Source of the DNA: Eledone cirrhosa
Taxonomy: Eukaryota
Assembly: GCA_964016885.1 (NCBI GenBank)
Contig: OZ024744.1
Location: forward strand, 11,408,001 to 11,472,000
Direction: 5' to 3'
Length of the DNA: 64,000 nucleotides
The notes below the pieces were generated by a model. The model searched no databases, was not told the origin of the DNA, and saw nothing but the letters and a program-made list of their open reading frames with translations. Shown here one piece after another: positions 58,301-64,000 of the stretch; the stretch's first letter is position 1, and each line of letters starts with the position of its first letter. The position numbers were made by a program, and so were the translations under genes.

Positions 58301-59487
58301 ATGCTGTGTTGGCTGTGCTCCAATACGTTGTGTTGTTGTACTCCAATATGCTGTGCTGCTGTACTCCAATATGTTGTGTTGTTGTACTCCAATATATTGT
58401 GTTGTTGTACTCCAATATGTTGTGTTGTTGTACTCCAATCTATATCGCTGTTGTACTCCAATATGTTGTGTTGTTGTACTCCAATATGTTGTGCTGTTGT
58501 ACTCCAATATGTTGTGCTGTTGTACTCCAATATGTTGTGCTGTTATACTCCAATATATTGTGTTGTTATACTCCAATATGTTGTGTTGTTGTACTCCAAA
58601 ATATTGTGTTGTTATACTCCAATATGTTGTGTTGTTATACTCCAATAGTTTGTGCTGTTATACTCCAATATGTTGTGTTGTTGTACTCCAATATGTTGTG
58701 CTGTTATACTCCAATATTTTGTGTTGTTATACTCCAATATGTGGTATTGTTGTACTCCAATGTGTTGTGCTGTTGTACTCCAATATGTTGTGTTGTTATA
58801 CTCCAACATGTTGTGTTGTTATACTCCAATATGTTGTGTTGTTATACTCGAATATGTTGTGTTGTTATACTCGAATATCTTGTGTTGTTATACTCGAATA
58901 TGTTGTGCTGTTGTACTCCAATATGTCGTGTTGTTGTACTCCAATATATCATGTAGTTGTACTCCAATATTTCGTGTTGTTGTACCCCAATATGTAGTGT
59001 TTATACTCCAATATGTTTTGCTGTTGTACTCCAATATGTTGTGTTGCTGTACTCCTATATGTTGTGTTGTTATTCTCCAATATGTTGTGCTGTTGTACTC
59101 CAATGTGTTGTGTTGTTATACTCCAATATGTTGTGTTGATTTACTCCAATATGTTGTGTTGTTGTACTCCAATCTGTTGTGTTGTTATACTCCAATGTGT
59201 TGTGTTGTTATACTCCAATATGTTGTGTTGTTGTAGTCCAATATGTTGTGTTGTCGTACTCCAATATGTTGTGTTGTTATACTCCAATATTTCGTGTGGT
59301 TGTACTCCAATATGTCATGGTGTTGTACTTCAATATGTCGTGTTGTTGTACTCCAATATGTTGTCTTGCTGTACTCCAATATGTTGTGTTGTTGTACTCC
59401 AATATCTTGTGTTCTTATACTCCAATATGTTGTGTTGTTATACTCCAATATGTTGTGTTGTTGTACTCCAATATGTTGTGCTGTTTT

Positions 59488-59765
59488 ACTCCAATATGTT
59501 ATGTTGTTGTACTCCAATATGTCATGTTGTTGTACTCCAATATGTTTTGATGTTGTACTCCAATATGTTGTGTTGTTGTACTCCAATATGTTTTGATGTT
59601 GTAGTCCAATATGTTGTGTTGTTATACTCCAATATGTTATGTTGTTGTACTCCAATATGTCATGTTGTTGTACTCCAATATGTTTTGATGTTGTACTCCA
59701 ATATGTTGTGTTGTTGTACTCCAATATGTTTTGATGTTGTAGTCCAATATGTTGTGTTGTTGTAC
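59488..59765 (+). repeat. 138-bp (6-monomer) tandem duplication
   Basis: The variant series gttatg/gtcatg/gttttgatg/consensus/gttttgatg-tagtcc starts at 59,491 and again at 59,629. Confidence 0.85.
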
Positions 59766-60424
59766 TCCAATATGTTGTGTAGTCGTACTCCAATATGTTG
59801 TGTTGTTGTACTCCAATATGCTGTGATGTTGTACTCCAATATGACGTGCTGTTGTACTCCAATGCGTTGTGTTGTTGTACTCCAATATGCTGTGTTGTTA
59901 TACTCCAATATGTTGTGTTGTTGTACTCCAATATGTTGTGTTGTTGTACTCCAATATGTTGTGTTGTTGTAATCCAATATCTTGTGTAGTTATACTCCAA
60001 TATGTTGTGCTGTTGTACTCCAATATGTTGAGTTGTTATACTCCAATATGTAGTGTTGTTATACTCCAATATGTTGTGTTGTTGTACTCCAATCTGTTGC
60101 GTTATACTCCAATATGTTGTGTTGTTATACTCCAATATGTTGTGTTGTTATACTCCAATATGTTGTGTTGTTTTACTCCAATATGTTGTATTGTTGATCT
60201 CCAATATGTCATATTATACTCCAATAAGTTGTGTTCTTGTACTCCAATATGTGTTGTTGTTGTACTCCAATATGTTGCGTTGGTGTACTCCATTATATCA
60301 TGTTATACTCCAATAAGTTGTGTTCTTGTACTCCAATATGTTGTGTTGTTGTACTCCAATATGTTATGTTGTTGTACTCCAATATGTCATGTTGTTGTAC
60401 TCCAATATGTTTTGATGTTGTACT

Positions 60425-60965
60425 CCAATATGTTGTGTTGTTGTACTCCAATATATCATGTTGTCGTACTCCAATATGTCATGTTATACTCCAATATGTT
60501 GTGTTGTTGTACTCCAATATGTTTTGATGTTGTAGTCCAATATGTTGTGTTGTTATACTCCAATATGTGTTGTTGTTGTACTCCAATATGTTGCGTTGTT
60601 GTACTCCAATATATCATGTTATACTCCAATAAGTTGTGTTCTTGTACTCCAATATGTTGTGTTGTTGTACTCCAATATATCATGTTATACTCCAATAAGT
60701 TGTGTTCTTGTACTCCAATATGTTGTGTTGTTGTACTCCAATATGTTGTGTTGTTGTACTCCAATATATCATGTTGTCGTACTCCAATATGTCATGTTAT
60801 ACTCCAATATGTTGTGTTGTTGTACTCCAATATGTTTTGATGTTGTAGTCCAATATGTTGTGTTGTTATACTCCAATATGTGTTGTTGTTGTACTCCAAT
60901 ATGTTGCGTTGTTGTACTCCAATATATCATGTTATACTCCAATAAGTTGTGTTCTTGTACTCCAA
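60425..60965 (+). repeat. 313-bp direct repeat containing a 66-bp (20+23+23) tandem duplication
   Basis: ORF ends 60456->60769 differ by 313. atatcatgttatactccaataagttgtgttcttg occurs at 60,611 and 60,677. Confidence 0.78.
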
Positions 60966-63900
60966 TATGTTTTGATGTTGTAGTCCAATATGTTGTGTTG
61001 TTGTACTCCAATATGTTGTGTAGTCGTACTCCAATATGTTGTGTTGTTGTACTCCAATATGCTGTGATGTTGTACTCCAATATGACGTGCTGTTGTACTC
61101 CAATGCGTTGTGTTGTTGTACTCCAATATGCTGTGTTGTTATACTCCAATATGTTGTGTTGTTGTACTCCAATATGTTGTGTTGTTGTACTCCAATATGT
61201 TGTGTTGTTGTAATCCAATATCTTGTGTAGTTATACTCCAATATGTTGTGCTGTTGTACTCCAATATGTTGAGTTGTTATACTCCAATATGTCATGTTAT
61301 ACTCCAATATGTCGTTGTTATACTCCAATATGTCATGATGTTGTACTCCAATATGTCGTGTTCTTGTACTCCAATATGTCGTGTTGTCGTACTCCAATAT
61401 GTTGTGTTGTTGTACTCCAATATGTTGTGTTGTTTTACTCCAATATGTTGTATTGTTGATCTCCAATATGTCATATTATACTCCAATAAGTTGTGTTCTT
61501 GTACTCCAATATGTGTTGTTGTTGTACTCCAATATGTTGCGTTGTTGTACTCCAATATATCATGTTATACTCCAATAAGTTGTGTTCTTGTACTCCAATA
61601 TGTTGTGTTGTTGTACTCCAATATGTTATGTTGTTGTACTCCAATATGTCATGTTGTTGTACTCCAATATGTTTTGATGTTGTACTCCAATATGTTGTGT
61701 TGTTGTACTCCAATATGTTTTGATGTTGTAGTCCAATATGTTGTGTTGTTATACTCCAATATGTTATGTTGTTGTACTCCACTATGTCATGTTGGTGTAC
61801 TCCAATATGTTTTGATGTTGTACTCCAATATGTTGTGTTGTTATACTCCAATATGTTGTGCTGTTGTACTCCAATATGCTGTGTTGTTATACTCCAATAT
61901 GTAGTGTTGTTATACTCCAATATGTTGTGTTGTTGTACTCCAATCTGTTGTGTTGTTATACTCCAATATATTGTGTTGTTATACTCCAATATGTTGTGTT
62001 GTTTTACTCCAATATGTTGTGTTGTTGTACTCCAATATGTTGTATTGTTGTTCTCCAATATGTCATGTTATACTCCAATAAGTTGTGTTCTTGTACTCCA
62101 ATATGTTGTGTTGTTGTACTCCAATATGTTGTGTTGTTGTACTCCAATATATCATGTTGTCGTACTCCAATATGTCATGTTATACTCCAATATGTCGTTG
62201 TTATACTCCAATATGTCATGATGTTGTACTCCAATATGTCGTGTTCTTGTACTCCAATATGTCGTGTTGTCGTACTCCAATATGTTGTGCTGTTGTACTC
62301 CAATATGTTGTGCTGTTGTACTCCAATATGTTGTGTTGTTGTACTCCAATATGTTGTGTTGTTATACTCCAATATGTTGTGCTGTTGTACTCCAATATTC
62401 CGTGTTGTTGTACTCCAATACGTCGTGTTGTACTCCAATATGTTGTGTTGTTATACTCCAATATGTTATGTTGTTGTACTCCAATGTGTCTTGTTGTTGT
62501 ACTCCAATATGTTTTGATGTTGTACTCCAATATGTTGTGTTGTTGTACTCCAATATGTTTTGATGTTGTACTCCAATATGTTGTGTTGTTGTACTCCAAT
62601 ATGTTGTGTAGTCGTATTCCAATATGTTGTGTTGTTGTACTCTAATATGTTTTGTTGTTATTCTCCAATATGTTGTGATGTTGTACTCCAATGTGTTGTG
62701 TTGTTGTACTCCAATGTGATGTGTTGCTGTACTCCAATATGTTGTGCTGTTGTACTCCAATATTTTTTGTTTTTTGTACTCCAATATGTTGTGTTGTTAT
62801 ACTCCAATATGTTGTGTTGTTATACTCCAATATGGTGTGTTGTTGTACTCCAATATGTTGTATTGTTTTCTCCAATATGTCATGTTATACTCCAATATGG
62901 TGTGTTCGTGTACTCCAATATGTTGTGTTATTGTACTCCAATATGTTGCGTTGTTGTACTCCAATATGTTGTGTTGTTATACTCCAATATGTCGTGTGGC
63001 TGTACTCCAATATGTCATGTTGTTGTACTCCAATATGTCTTGTTATAGTCCAATATGTCGTGTTGTTGTACTCCAATATATCATGTAGTTGTACTCCAAT
63101 ATTTCGTGTTGTTGTACCCCAATATGTAGTGTTGTTTATACTCCAATATGTTTTGCTGTTGTACTCCAATATGTTGTGTTGCTGTACTCCTATATGTTGT
63201 GTTGTTATTCTCCAATATGTTGTGCTGTTGTACTCCAATGTGTTGTGTTGTTATACTCCAATGTGTTGTGTTGTTATACTCCAATATGTTGTGTTGTTGT
63301 AGTCCAATATGTTGTGTTGTCGTACTCCAATATGTTGTGTTGTTATACTCCAATATTTCGTGTGGTTGTACTCCAGTATGTCATGGTGTTGTACTTCAAT
63401 ATGTCGTGTTGTTGTACTCCAATATGTTGTCTTGTTGTACTCCAATCTGTTGTATTGTTGTACTTCAATATGTTCTGTTGTTGTACTCCAATATATTGTG
63501 TTGTTGTACTCCAATATGTTGTGTTGTTGTACTCCAATATGCTGTGTTGTTGTACTCCAATATGTTGTGTTGTTGTACTCCAATATGTTGTGTTGTTGTA
63601 CTCCAATATCTTGTGTTCTTATACTCCAATATGTTGTGTTGTTATACTCCAATATGTTGTGTTGTTGTACTCCAATATGTTGTGCTGTTGTACTCCAATA
63701 TGATGTGCTGTTGTACTCCAATATGTTGTGTTGTTGTACTCCAATGTGTTGTGTTGTTGTACTCCAATATGTTGTGCCGTTGTACTCCAATATTTTTTTG
63801 TTTTTGTACTCCAAAATGTTGTGTTGTTATACTCCAATATGTTGTGTTGGTGTACTCCAATATGGTGTGCTGTTGTACTCCAAATCTCGTGTTGTTATAC

Positions 63901-64000
63901 TCCAATGTGTTGTGTTGTTATACTCCAATATGTTGTGTTGTTGAACTCCAATATGTTGTATTGTTTTTCTCCAATATGTCATGTTATACTCCAATATGTC

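Larger units (their letters stand above)
1..64000 (+). repeat. 23-bp tandem satellite array, consensus TACTCCAATATGTTGTGTTGTTG, ~2,800 head-to-tail monomers, extending past both window ends
   Basis: The ACTCCAAT core recurs every ~23 bp from position 1 to 64,000. Seven consecutive perfect monomers lie at 4547-4707. No unique sequence and no inverted monomers were seen. Confidence 0.99.

Noticed and set aside
59488-59765. Nucleosome-length (6-8 monomer) periodicity
   Set aside because: Only one 138-bp duplication was seen; other indels are 23, 66, 116, 230 and 313 bp, so there is no consistent period without a spectral test.
1-64000. Protein-coding genes (Cys/Val-rich + strand ORFs and Thr/Asn/Gln-rich - strand ORFs)
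   Set aside because: All frames give the same periodic peptide, ORFs overlap in all six frames, frame-shifting monomers (20, 22, 23 bp) are everywhere, and there is no non-repetitive domain.
1-64000. CRISPR array (conserved 23-bp-scale repeat with variable parts)
   Set aside because: There are no unique spacers: the variable parts are 10-15 bp point variants of one sequence. No leader or cas genes are present.
1-64000. Telomerase-made long yeast-type telomeric repeat (23-25 bp, contains TGTAC as in Candida/Kluyveromyces)
   Set aside because: It lacks the GGTGTACGG-type core and G runs, the array is far longer than such telomeres, and exact multi-kb copying of variant order cannot come from a short RNA template.
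1-64000. CCAAT boxes as promoter elements
   Set aside because: CCAAT is simply part of the monomer. Its flanks (CT-CCAAT-AT) do not fit the NF-Y preference (RR-CCAAT-C/G), and there is no gene to regulate.

Overview
The whole 64 kb window is one uninterrupted, single-orientation satellite array of about 2,800 copies (64,000/23) of a 23-bp monomer, consensus TACTCCAATATGTTGTGTTGTTG (35% GC, T/G-rich on +). I find no credible gene, RNA gene, transposon or CRISPR array. The hundreds of ORFs are a by-product of a monomer with no stop codon on either strand and a length not divisible by 3. The informative signal is the order of monomer variants, which shows nested higher-order repeats (HORs): a near-identical 10,537-bp HOR (~2.7 copies, ~241-28,680), a ~12.5-12.8 kb segmental repeat, a related 4.4/4.6/5.6-kb HOR family, a 1,509-bp tandem duplication and a finely shuffled zone near 59.5-61.8 kb. 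All junctions I traced stay in monomer register. The variant spectrum (TTG/TCG/TCA/TTA at one site) suggests CpG-methylation decay. The best interpretation is eukaryotic heterochromatic satellite (centromeric, pericentromeric or subtelomeric). Species and function cannot be determined from this window. Periods were derived from offsets between matching ORFs in the supplied track and spot-checked by eye against the sequence; no alignment was run.
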